A stretch of 64,000 nt of DNA from Gordius albopunctatus (taxonomy: Eukaryota), in the NCBI GenBank assembly GCA_964276515.1, contig OZ193909.1, positions 3,844,001-3,908,000 on the forward strand. The letters are read 5' to 3'. This document shows, in pieces, positions 1 through 11,900 of the stretch; position 1 is the first letter of the stretch, and the number at the start of each line of letters is the position of its first letter. Below the pieces are notes generated by a model that did no database searches, was not told where the DNA came from, and saw only the letters and a list, made by a program, of their open reading frames with translations. The position numbers were made by a program, and so were the translations under genes.

Positions 1-536
1 TGGGGACCCCGACTAGTTACAATTCACCAGATTGAACTATTAAAGCCATCCATTGATGGCTCAGGCTACTCGTAACAAAATTCGGGATTTTTTTCCCCCG
101 GAGATATTACAAGCAACAATCTTATAGCTTCTGTCAGCACTCTCTATTTTAAAGGACTGTGGGAGGTTCCGTTTGATAAGAGCTAATTTTTTAAGTCCAC
201 TTTATATTTTCTAATTAATTTTTGAAGATGAACGACTCAGCAAAATTTTCATACAGAAGACGGTCGATATGTCTTAACACCCGTGATGAATATAGCTTAA
301 TTAGAGATCGAACAATATACAGACATGAGAGATTTGGCCAATTATTTAATCTTGAATCACAAAGAGACCAAATTCAAAACGGTCCTAATTCTTCCCAATT
401 CCAAATCAACGTTAAAAGCACTCAAATACAAACTTTTTATGGATCCTAATATATTAGAGAATGCACTCAAGAAAGCTTCCATCAAAATTCCTAACATCTC
501 CATACCCCTGATTGATTGTAAAACAAACTTGCAGAT

Positions 537-820
537 AGTATCGAGGTTGTTTCCAATAATGGTAATTTAGGATTGATAAAATGGGAGGGTGGAAATGGGT
601 TTACATATTTCGGTCGTCCAGCGACCATTATCAATAAAAAAAAGGGTAAATTACAAGTGATGTGGATTACAAATAAGGAACGAAGGACGATTTGATAATG
701 GTCGCTGGACGACCGAAATATCTAAACCCATTTCCACCCTCCCATTTTATCAATCCTAAATTACCATTAGTGGAAACAAATTGGATACTACATAATGGAT
801 TGGTATTACATAATTATATT
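537..820. mobile_element. 284-bp foldback insertion with 12-bp TSD, possibly derived from a Penelope-like element
   Basis: 98-bp inverted arms at 537-634 and 692-789, a 57-nt spacer and a 31-nt tail. AAACTTGCAGAT is duplicated at 525-536 and 821-832; excision restores the serpin frame KTNLQMNTIL. Confidence 0.8.
692..724 (+). ncRNA. Minimal hammerhead-ribozyme-like motif (U3-A8 variant); an inverted copy lies at 602-634
   Basis: TTGATAA-T-GGTCG-CTGGA-CGACC-GAAA-TATCTA matches the core YUGANRA / stem II / GAAA. Stem I is not convincing. Confidence 0.45.
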
Positions 821-1699
821 AAACTTGCAGATGAACACGATATTGGCGAATTCTAATCTAAGTTGCATCTTTAAGTAACTATCGATATATATTTGGAGAT
901 GAATTTTATGTATAAATGTATATAACTGAACTTCCATTATGCATGTTTCCAGCCATGGTTTGAACAATATCGTCAAATCACAAGCCTTGTCGTTGGATAA
1001 AATGGTTCATAAAGTCAATTTTCAAATGAACGAAAAAGGAAGTAAAGGGGCAGCGGCCACTGGTGGAGCCCTCGAAGATAGAGCATTTGACAATATGTTT
1101 TTTAATAGACCGTTCTTGCATTTACTAATCGAAGCTGAGTCTGGAAATGTTTTATTTCCGGGAAGATATTCAAGCCCAGATTAACGGCGATCGACCGAGA
1201 CGCATTATGATGCATTTTTTTGAAATTTATAATCAAAAATATATGTAACACAAAATTAGTTTAGATGATTGCATACATTTAAATATTATAGAAATGTTCT
1301 ATTTATATATAACGCTTAGCCATCATATAGGTTAACAAGTGAGGAAGAATTGAAAAAAACTTCTGGTGAGCCACAGTGAAAATCAAGATTAGCAAAGTAA
1401 AATCGCCGAAAAAAGACACACTTTTGAAAGTTTAAGGATTTTTACCATTCTTTATAGGTGATTGAGAAGCATGCCTTTTGAAAATAAAAATCCCAGCGAA
1501 TAAGATACTCGATATTATTATGGTAATTATAATCTTATTATTATATTTAAATCATATTCAGTAATTTTGTAAGAAATTTTTATATATTTTTTATATCCGC
1601 ACTTTCTATCCTTTATTTCCTACTATTAAAAATGTACAAAATGTGTAATAACAACTAATAACGATCAACCAATCGAATGATGATTTCTAGAAAATAAAT

Positions 1700-2075
1700 G
1701 TAAGTATTAATGTAAGTGTTGGACGATGGCTGTGAGAAATTGCCGTTAAATTAATCCGCTAGAATGAGCGACGACTACGAGTAAATTTAAGGTAATGAGT
1801 AAGGGGGACCGTTTGGTTCTTCCTTCATGCTACCGCTTGACCCACGAGATTCAAAGATGAAAAATAAAATATCCCCCCCCCCGCACCACAGGACTAACGA
1901 GTAGAAAAATAAATATATGATTGTATCATGGTCAAATGCCCGCTATTTACACCTTGTCGATGCACTTCTCATTTGCATGAGGGATGCCGACAGTTCCATG
2001 TACTGCACATCTCCACTAATATGAGGCATGCTTTTTATATATTTGCCTGCTTATAATTAGTGCCCATTATTCACA
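1700..2075 (+). repeat. Unclassified dispersed repeat; a diverged inverted sibling lies at about 14920-15210
   Basis: Shared blocks GCTATTTA..TGTCGATG, ATTTGCAT.AGGGATGCC, ATGTACTGCACATCTC and TAATTAGTGCC in the same order. Ends are approximate. Confidence 0.6.
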
Positions 2076-2920
2076 TAACTAATTTTAGTTGGCAAGATAC
2101 AACAGGCTATCCTTCCTAGCTCATTTGCATAAGCGAGTAAGTAAAGTGATTCAACTAAAACTACAACAATATTCAATATTTCCTGGTTGTTTTGTTATTT
2201 AAAAGAATTGACTTTTCTACTAATAGTCAATTTTCAGTAAAAATGTTGTTAAACATTTGATTTATATTTTAAACTTAATTTTGGCAATTTCGGACACAGA
2301 TTTAGAAATAAAGTTGACATATATGGGGTGATAAACTATCGTCTCTATTGATAAAAAATGTTCTAACCCTTTCGTCACAGATATTAAATAAAAATAAGAT
2401 TTTTTAATCAACTAACAAATTTTTTATATATGATAATGTACATAAAAGCATATCTAGCCGCAAGCAATAGGAAAAATCATTATATTTGCCAATGCTTTTA
2501 ACAGCATTCGAAGAGAAACCCTCATTAACACTTTTTTAGCTGTATCCACACAATTTTTAAATTACATTTTATTAAGCTATGGTTCTATAACCAAGCTTCG
2601 ATTCGGCGAATACCTCATTGACTCGTCCGAAGGCATCCAACAAGGAGATCCATTAGGCCCTCCTTTATTTTGTTTAGGCATTCATAATTCAGTCGAGGCT
2701 ATATCATCTCAGTGTACCCTCGATTTAAATATTTTGTATCAACGACGCCACACTATTTGGCCGCCCGGAGGAGATTAGTAAAGCTCTAGAAATCATCAAA
2801 AACTTTGAACCCACTCTAAATCTTAAATCATACTCGAAAAAATGTTAAATCTTTTAGGTTCCCAACACTATTGACTTTCCAGTTTTTGAAACATTTTTAG
2901 TTTTAGAGAGAGAAAACATA

Positions 2921-4142
2921 TAGGGAAGACCAGGGCTACTTTAGCCATAAAAAATTAAATCGCGTTTAAAAAAAACTAAAAACAATTTTTCCATTTTTTT
3001 TGTTGGAATATATTTTTAAGGTCTATTTTTACTATAGGAAAAATATTTGGAGGGAAATAAAAGTTTATCACAAATTAAGTTTAAAAAAACAAAAATCTAA
3101 AATATTTTGAAAATAACCGGATCTAGTCATAGCCGTTAGATTTTTTTTAATGTATATATTGTTTATTTGAATGTAAGAACGTTATAAAAAACGAAGTGTT
3201 AAAATTCGAAAAATATAAGAGCGGGTAGAAAACAAAATAAAAAAATTATAATTAAAAAGCGTCGCATGTATCATATAATAAAAGTTTAAAATTGTACTTT
3301 GTTATTAAAATACCAATTTTTTGTTTAACTATAAAATTTGTGGAATATTTAGAGGGCGGGCAGCGACGGCTGATATCTTTAAAAGGCTTGATGGCGGCAG
3401 GACCAAAAGTCCCAGAACATGAGGCAACGATAGGGGTAAAGATATTAGAGGGTAGGAGGGCTTCTGACGTTTTCACATCTTATAAGTTTATGCTAACTCA
3501 AATCAATAAAAATATTCTTTCATTATAAAAATGTAGAAAATACAAATGTAATATGATTGTATTTTATATAAAAGAAATAAAAATAGAGTCAAGATGATAA
3601 TCTGACTTAAGAACACTCAAAAGGCGGATTTAGCAATGGAAAAAGACTTTTAGTCGTTTTATAATGTATAATCATAGTCTATTTCTATTCCAAATAACAC
3701 TATGTTAGATTATTAAACAAAATTTTTTGTTTTTTAATAAAAAATGGCTAGCAATAGCCCCTCTCCGACTAGCCCCGACCCCTATTTTCATAAACAATTA
3801 AAAGTTTAAGATGTTATATTGCATATAAAAATTTAATCATTAGACAATTTTTATATAGAAATCTCCCTTTATAAGATAAAAGTTAAATACATCCAAAATA
3901 TTCAGCCTAAAAAATTTTATGTGCTAAATAAAAAATTTTGTAAAGGCTACTAATAGCCCCGAAAAATAGTTTTTTCTCAATATAAATTTTAAATTTTATT
4001 TTTTCTAAGCATATTTTTTTGCTTATGGCTTATGGAAAAATACACATATGGTTTAAATTTTGCTTTAATATCAATATTATTTTACAAAATAATTAGAAAG
4101 ATAATAGTAACCCCGGGCTACGACTAGCCCCGGTCTTTCCTA
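2921..4142. mobile_element. 1.2 kb non-autonomous TIR element (MITE) with TA TSD, Tc1/mariner/pogo-type
   Basis: Left end TAGGGAAGACCAGGGCTACT; right end reverse complement TAGGAAAGACCGGGGCTAGT. Internal TAGCCCC repeats. Excision restores ENIYLLGSSIGG in the host retroelement. Confidence 0.85.
3348..3478 (-). mobile_element. Short antisense CRE-like RLE C-terminal fragment nested inside the MITE
   Basis: ALLPSNIFTPIVASCSGTFGPAAIKPFKDISRR aligns with ALLASNIFITVVASCSCSFGKQVMGFFKEIGKR at about 4950-5050. Confidence 0.75.
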
Positions 4143-6663
4143 CCTTTTGGGATCATCCATTGGCGGCGAAAAATCTCTTTTAAATTTGCTTCATAAGAAC
4201 CTCGAAATATTAAAATCTAAAACGGAACTTTTAAAATGCTTGCCTGCACATCACATTTTTTACTTAATCAAAAACTATTTCAACATTTAAAAGATTTATC
4301 ATTGTTTTCGCTCATCTGCTGCATTTTGACACCAACACGTTTTAAAGTCGCACGAAGGCTTTTTAAAAACTTTATTAGAAAAAATTTAAAATTTAATACT
4401 AACAATCGGATTCAAGCATCCCTTCCAACCAAATATGGAGGATCAGGAATTCGTCCTGGCGGCAGCCTATCGCTAGCTGCTTTTATTTCCTCTTTTAAGT
4501 CAGTCCAAAACTCAATTTTTAATCTCACAACATATGATTCCGACCCTCTGTTAACTCAAGCCTTGGAGCTTTGGAATTTGAATGTGACACCAGAGACTAT
4601 TTAACCTCAAAGTACGAGACAAGATTGGGATTCTTGACTAGTATCGCGCTCCGTTGATTACCTTTTATCGAGCAGCGATGATGGCCAGCATTACAACCTT
4701 AGGTCCCTCGCTTTTTATGGTTCCAGTCACGAGTGGCTTGAAGCCTACCCATGCAATCCCCTCAATCCGTGAGCCGTTAGATCCCTCTCTTGAAGGTAGG
4801 ATGCGCCCTGACAGTTCTTCTCTAGTCCCCTGGCAAAATAGCCTATCCCTCAAATGGGATTTTACTTGTATTGACATATTTGCCTCTTCCCATTTTAATT
4901 ACGACCCTATCGCTGCAGCAAAAGGGCGTAAAACTACAAAGTACTTTGCCCTTTTGGCATCCAATATTTTTATCACTGTCGTTGCCTCGTGCTCCTGTTC
5001 TTTTGGTAAGCAGGTAATGGGGTTTTTTAAAGAAATCGGAAAACGCTCACCGAAATCTAAAATTTCTTAGTCCTTTTTACTCAGGCAACAACTAGGGATT
5101 ATTATTCTACGATACAACTATAAATCCTTTGCCGACTCATGGCCCATTTCAGGAGATCATGATATAGATCTATGTATCTAACTAATAGGTCTTTATTTAT
5201 TTTTGTATTTAGCTTATTTATGTAACTTTGTTTCATTAAAATAAACTTTTTAACCATAAAAATCATTATATTAGTCAGATTTTGATTGCCATGATCGATA
5301 TTAGTTAGTCTTAAATAGTTTTGTGATACAGTGTCAAATATAATTCTATATTATTAGCCAGGTATGAAGAAGGTTATGCTCCCAAAAATTCGTTTAAATA
5401 AAAGGCATGTATTTTGTTGCCAAATTTTTTGGTAGACTCTTTTGATGAAATTTTGACTTTTGCATTCGTCTTTAATCTATCGATTCTTGCAGAATTGTTT
5501 ATCAGTTATCTTTGGAGTTAATTTGTTACGAGAAATTTCGATGGAAGGCATTAATATGTTCACAAATCACAATAAAGTAAAGTAATGGTTAATAAATCGC
5601 TATAACTAATTTCGCCATGACTTTATTAGTTATCATGGCGTCAGGGGGTGGTAGGGAGGGGCAGCTGGCGCCCTCTAAATCCGAAAATACTTTAAAATTT
5701 CATAAAATTCTCATTTTGCCTCTCTTTAAACGTTATTGCCTCTAATGATGGTGTTAAGTAAGATATAATATTGATATGAGTTTATATCAGCAAGATTCAT
5801 CCATATAATCCCATCTACAGAATAAAACTTTGGCGAACCTTTTAAGTTTGCGAGGACAAATAGAAGTTGACAATAAAGCGCGTCGCAATATAACATGACC
5901 AAGGTGAATTCGTTTCAAATAAATATTTTAACGATTTTTTAGATACGAGTTAATTAAATAAAAGTTATTGGTAAGATTTTTTTCTCATAGATTCTTGATA
6001 ACAGATCATAATAATAATAAGGTTCTAATTTTTTTTAAATAAATTATAATATTTGTATTTTATCATGATAAAATATTTTGTGTATACCAAAAAATGTCCT
6101 ATTATAAAGCATACATCGATAGCAATTAATATGGAAATTTATTAGTGTAAATAATATAAATTACACAAAGCTATAAGGGTATATGTAAAAAATAATAAGC
6201 CATGTTATGATATTTTTTGGGCGTTAAGTTGAAGCCATTCTTTTATTGGATCGGATGTTGACTTCTAGAAAAATAGAATAATATTTATTGGTTTCTTAAT
6301 TTATTTAACTAATAGTTTTTATGATGCTCTGAGATCAACAGCGAAACTTGTATAGCTTTCAACACACCCGATCTATAGTGAAACAAGTAGATACGGTGCA
6401 CTTTTGAGGAATTTGATTTGCAAAATGCTCGACTCTGGTCTATTTTTAAAATTTCGACTAAGTCTAGAGGTCGACTAAGGAGAACAGACCAAAAAACCTT
6501 TGGTTTGTTTATGTTTAATCCACTAAAACCGAAGGTCGACCAAATAAAACCCACCCGTTTTTACTACACTACGCTAAAGAGACAAATTTGACAATCGTCT
6601 TAGTTTTCCATCTCAAATGATTAGCCATTTTTTATGCTGATTTATGAGAACAGGTATATTAGC

Positions 6664-8870
6664 TCAAGATATTCCATGCATTACATTTTGACATCGATCC
6701 CCAGCATAGCCATCTAGGCATATGCATTCGCCTTCAATGTTGCAGTCGTTACGTCCGTAGGCGTTAATGCAATTTTTCGGGCATTCTAGATTTATACAAA
6801 ATTAGTATAAATACGTAAAATAATGTATATAATATTCGGTAAATCAAAAATATTTAGTTGAGCACTAAACTCATAAGAATCATATAAAATGTTCTTTTAA
6901 ATTAAGATAATCTTTGAAGCATACCAGTAGCTTGTGGGAAGAATATCGAGATCATATTTTTAATAATGTATCAAGGTGTTTTAACACTTTTAGAGACACA
7001 TTGGTATCAGTGCCAGAAACCTCGCTGTATATTAGTATTGTTATTGTATAAAAGAATGTTACTAATTTCGTTTTTTTCTTAAATGAAAAACTTTTTTATC
7101 TGAAGTATCAATAACAAAATTTACCATTCTAAGAGCATTTGTAATTAATACAGACTTAGAATGGAAGACGTTGAATCTAGCGGAAGCATCCCAACAACAT
7201 TACGTAAAAAGCTCATTTTTTTGGAATAATCTAAAAAGTTATTTCCATATGTTAATAGATTTATAAGGTTCCCCTAGAAATAATTTAAAGACTTTTAAAC
7301 TTATAGGTCAATCAGAAATGGTTGAAAACGCATGTTATTGTCACTTTAATTAAGCTGTGGCGATTTCGATGTATCCAACTGCAGTTAAACTGGTATTTTT
7401 ATTGGCATGTACCAAATTGTTTTTTTTACGAAAAATATATAGATTTTTCCAGATTTATCAAACATATATAAAGGGATTACAGGACTCACTCCAACGTTAC
7501 TCTGCTCCTCTGGATATTCCATTTATTCATTACTTTTGCGATCACATCTTATTCTACCAACATCACATTGTTGACATAGCTTTCAACTGCACCTAGCTAG
7601 TTATCTAATCATCAAACCTGCTAAATTTTTTATCATCCTTACCAACACCCTCGCTTATATTTAATTTCGCTGTTATTTGATTTTTATCGTTGCGTGTTTT
7701 GGTTTAATAATAAAAATAAAGGATTTGACAATCTTTACAAAGCCCTAATTTATAAAACATGTTAAACCAGACTTCATGTGTTCATCATTAATACGTATTA
7801 AAACATAATCATCACTAGTCAAATGTTTTGCCAATCTGTATTATCTAATTTTATAGCAAAACAAGCGAGCTTTATTTATTTATTTTTTATATAAATGACA
7901 TTCACCAATACCTTTACTGCAATCGTCGCCATAAAACCCTGTTTTGCAATAACAACGCTTTCTATTGCATTCGCCAGATTTGGGATCGCCTTTATGGCAT
8001 TTGCATTCACCAGATTTTGAATCGCGTTCATAATGGCATTTGCATTCGGCAGATTTGGAATTGCGTTCATGGCATTCGCAATCTATTAACGATTCAAAAT
8101 TATTACTCCTTGCATTTAAAATTACAGAAGATGTGCAATTTGGTAAAAAAAATTTTATATTAAATAAAAATATGGCTTTTTATTTATTGAAATTATATGA
8201 GAATAAATGTATGAAGTAGTCATTTTAAATAGGTAACTATGAGTTTAAGATGTAAAAATGGTAGAATTTAAAAATGAGGAGTAAATTGAATTATATATTT
8301 TACTACTTAAATCACAATAAAATTCTTCCCCCTAAATAAATATGCTGTAAAATTTAAATCAATGATTGAGAGGTGTACCTAGAGAACTCCTGAAATTACA
8401 ACACAGAGAGTGTTAAAAAATTCATTTTTTAAATTAACTTATCACTGAAAATGAATTTTTAAGGTAGGATGTTTTGATCATTTATTGCTTTAATCATTGA
8501 AAATTTGGTATTCAAAAATTTATTATAAAAAAATAAGTTGGTAATAGAGAGTAGTTAAGGTGGAATTTATGATGGGCTAAGTCAGATTTTACTCAAATGG
8601 GGATGCAAAGAAGATGCTCATGATTAACTGAGATGCATACTGATGATATTTTTAAATTCTAATCCTCATTTGGCTTAATATATAATAATATGTATTAACC
8701 ATGAAATGCATAGCAATTAAAAGAGGGGGGATAGGCACCCCTAGACATGTCCATAATAATAAAATAGTTAAATAACACACGCGATATATATATAGGATAA
8801 TGATTAAACATAATTTCATAACGTCAAGATGGATGAAACTTATTAAAACAAAGACTAAATCTTATATATA

Positions 8871-8901
<31 letters not shown>

Positions 8902-11900
8902 CTTGAACTGCAGTTGCTTCCATATTTGCCGATTGGGCATTCGCATTTGCCTTCCCAAGAGCATTTGTTTCCATTTTTCATATGCTTACAACTACAAACT
9001 AACAAATACATTAGAGGTGAATTTAAGATATGATTATTGAATTTTTCAATTTTGATATAATTTAATAAGGGGACCCAGACCTTTTAAGTCATTTATTCTT
9101 ATCTTAAACTTTAAATCTAGAAACTACAAATTTTTCATAAAAAAATTGATGAAAAAGTCATTATATCTATTGAAGGAAATTTTGTTAAATTTCCAAACTG
9201 TAAGCTCCTAAAATGTCGGAGTTAAAATAAAAAATATTATAAACATGTGAAAATCATTCGAAATAATAATCGATAATCACATACATCTCAACCTGATGGT
9301 TTCCAATTTTCAAATATAATCTAATTTTTAGTTTAGATTAATCTTAGAATGATTATTAGCCAGCTATATAAGATACTGTGACGGGTAATATTAACAATGT
9401 TGTTATATTATATTCGTCCCTGGTAAAATGTAATAACAAAAAACGGAATTAATCATTAAATTTGAGAATTTGATAAAGTCAGAAATTTTAGAATATATAT
9501 ATATATTTTTTTCTATGATTTAGTTATAGCTAAAAAAGATTTTTAAATATAAAATTGTAATAAGGTTTCATATTTTAAATAACCTTGATTACTGCCTTCT
9601 AATTTTAAGATCGACTTTCTTTAAACCTCTTTTAACTCCTTATAGCATCTAGTTGCTTTGTTTTAAATGGATAGGAAGTGCGATAATTTTTAATGTTAAA
9701 TTTATTAATATCTTGATTAGAGTCATAAATATATCTATCTTCAATACCCAAATATAAATCAATATAAGTTTTGAAATATTAACAGTGACTTGAATTTCTT
9801 ACGTAAGTTATATATAAATTTTTAACTCACTTATAAATAATGTCATTTAATTATTATTTGCAATATTCTTCTTAAAACACCGCAAAAGTAAGATTTTGAT
9901 ATCACTTATAGTTCAATAGTTTCTATTTAAAACTCAAATAACTCATTATGAACGAGTTGCACCAATTTCTATGGTGTTGTGACCTTTGTACACCTTCACA
10001 GTTATCACGAACAAGCCAAATTTATCTCAAAATTTTATGAAACAAATTAACGACTTTATTAACCCTCGAGAGCACTCCTGAAAATCACGAACGCGAGAGC
10101 ATTCGTGGGGTATATTTGACCCCATTTTTTAACTTCTTATAACTTTTTAAGTATTTTTTTAAACCTTTCAAATTTTGAAAATGTGTTTATAAAGGTCTTA
10201 AGATTGATGGTATAAATTTTGATATGAATCTAATCAACATTACAAAACTTATTAACGATTTTCTTGACCCCCATTTTTATTTTGACTATTTTAGAGTTTT
10301 ACCTCTTGACATCATATACCTTAAAATAAATCAAAATAAACGTGATTTTTTATTAAAAGAATGTCCAAAATATATTAAAAACACAAATTGTAAAAGATAT
10401 CATCAAACAAAAAAAATACATACATTTTTTCCAATAGAAAAAAACTTACGTGAGAGCATTCGTGGGGTACACAGTTTAAAAAGTAGTGGGCCAAAAGTTA
10501 TGAAATTTTCCTAAAACTTAGTTCTTGGTAAAATATTAGGCTACTGAAAAGGCCAGATTAATTCGTTTTTAAATGCATTTTATATTTGTGTTTGGACCCC
10601 ACGAATGCTCTCGAGGGTTAATAGAGAATAATGTACCCGATTCACACAAACGACCATAAAATCCATCTTTGCAAACGCAGTATCCATTATGAGTCCACAG
10701 TGTTTGACTCCGAACGCACTCTGTAATTGCCCCAAAAATACATTTCATTTTTATTTTTTCAAATCGTTGGTTTATGCCATAGTAAATAGGTTTAGAAGTT
10801 ACTTACTTTCGTTGCAGAGTTGCCCAACAACGTAATCCTGACAAATGCACATTCCGATTGGATTCACCTTTTTAGATGGACATTTACTCACTAAATAAAC
10901 AATGAAGTTTGTTGCATATGAGTCTAGCTCAGAATTTTATTATTATTACTATTATATAGAGAGCGTAGTAATAATGTCTTTCATATAGATAAATTTTAAC
11001 GGTATTTTAATTAAATATGAACTAATTAATCTTAACCCCCTGCATTGAATTGGTTTTCTATTCATACATGTGTTTCCTTGATTTATACAACATAGATGAT
11101 TATCAAAATGTTTTAATTGTGGCATTTAAAAGCAAGTTAAGTCAGCTGCTTTTTACTTTAAATCTCTCATCTGATTAGATGTTGATCCTATATGATATAA
11201 AAATTTAGTTTGGGTGAAGGTCATATACAAATAAATTAGGTTTTGTTGCAAAGTCCATATTTTGGTAAATGTAAAATAAATCATCCCTGACGCATATGTA
11301 CAACTTATGAAAAATATGTATCAAACTTCAACGTGCGTTAGGACGACAGTTGGAGACTCTCAACCTTTTTAGGTTAAAATTGGATTACAAGAATGATCTG
11401 CTTTAAATCGTTTTTTATTCAATATAATTGTGGATGATAACTAGAGACATTTATAAGCCATCTGCTGTATGCTATATGCCGATGATATATTACTATGCGA
11501 AGGGACAAAGGAGAAAGTATTCTAAGAAGCCAAAAAATGGTCAAAGCGCTCAGCGGAATATGGTTTAAAGGTCAAAAATATAAAAACGGTGTACATGGAG
11601 ATAAAGGTTATAGACACCACATCATTAGATGATTATATGAAGTACCCAAAAGTAGATAGGTTTGCATACCTTGACTCGATGCAACATTAGGAGAGAGATT
11701 ACGCAACACACGTAAATGCCCGGATTCAAAAAAGATGGCTTAAATGGCGAAGTCTATCACGTGTAATGTGCGACAAGAAAATTCCACTATGGTTGAAGAA
11801 CAAAGCTTACAAATCCATCGTAAGATTGGGGTTACTTTACAGAGGCACTATACGTCACGGAAGAAAAGTTGGTGCAGGCCATGGAGAAGAGAGTCATATG

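Larger units (their letters stand above)
1..1184 (+). pseudogene. Serpin pseudogene, 3' part (copy 1)
   Basis: Serpin motifs TLYFKGLWEVPFD, hinge/RCL EKGSKGAAATGGALEDR-A and C-terminal signature FFNRPFLHLLIE..SGNVLFPGRYSSP. Intron 875-952 (GT..AG). Internal stop codons and an insertion at 537-820. Confidence 0.88.
2485..5250 (+). mobile_element. Decayed 5'-truncated CRE-like non-LTR retrotransposon (RT plus restriction-like endonuclease), interrupted by a MITE
   Basis: NAFNSIRR, SSEGIQQGDPLGPPLFCLGI, a frameshifted YxDD region near 2735, LPTKYGGSGIR, and RLE motif RMRPDSSSLVPW..LKWDFTCID..K..KY. Multiple stops and frameshifts. Confidence 0.85.

Noticed and set aside
537..789. Hairpin as a microRNA precursor
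   Set aside because: The arms are too long and the loop too large, and the flanking 12-bp duplication shows it is an insertion.
6309..6600. 81-aa ORF and CGAC-rich patch downstream of the EGF gene
   Set aside because: No recognisable protein motif; may be a TE remnant, but I could not find termini or a TSD.
7876..8070. ORF-track peptide MNAIPNLPNANAIMNAIQ... as a repeat protein
   Set aside because: Wrong frame of EGF exon 7; the Cys-rich frame has proper splice sites and phase.
9945..10030. Possible extra EGF-gene exon (slightly GC-richer patch with Cys codons)
   Set aside because: No EGF cysteine pattern in the phase-1 frame and no convincing splice pair.
10224..10514. 96-aa ORF
   Set aside because: Lies inside the non-coding piggyBac-type MITE; low-complexity AT-rich translation.
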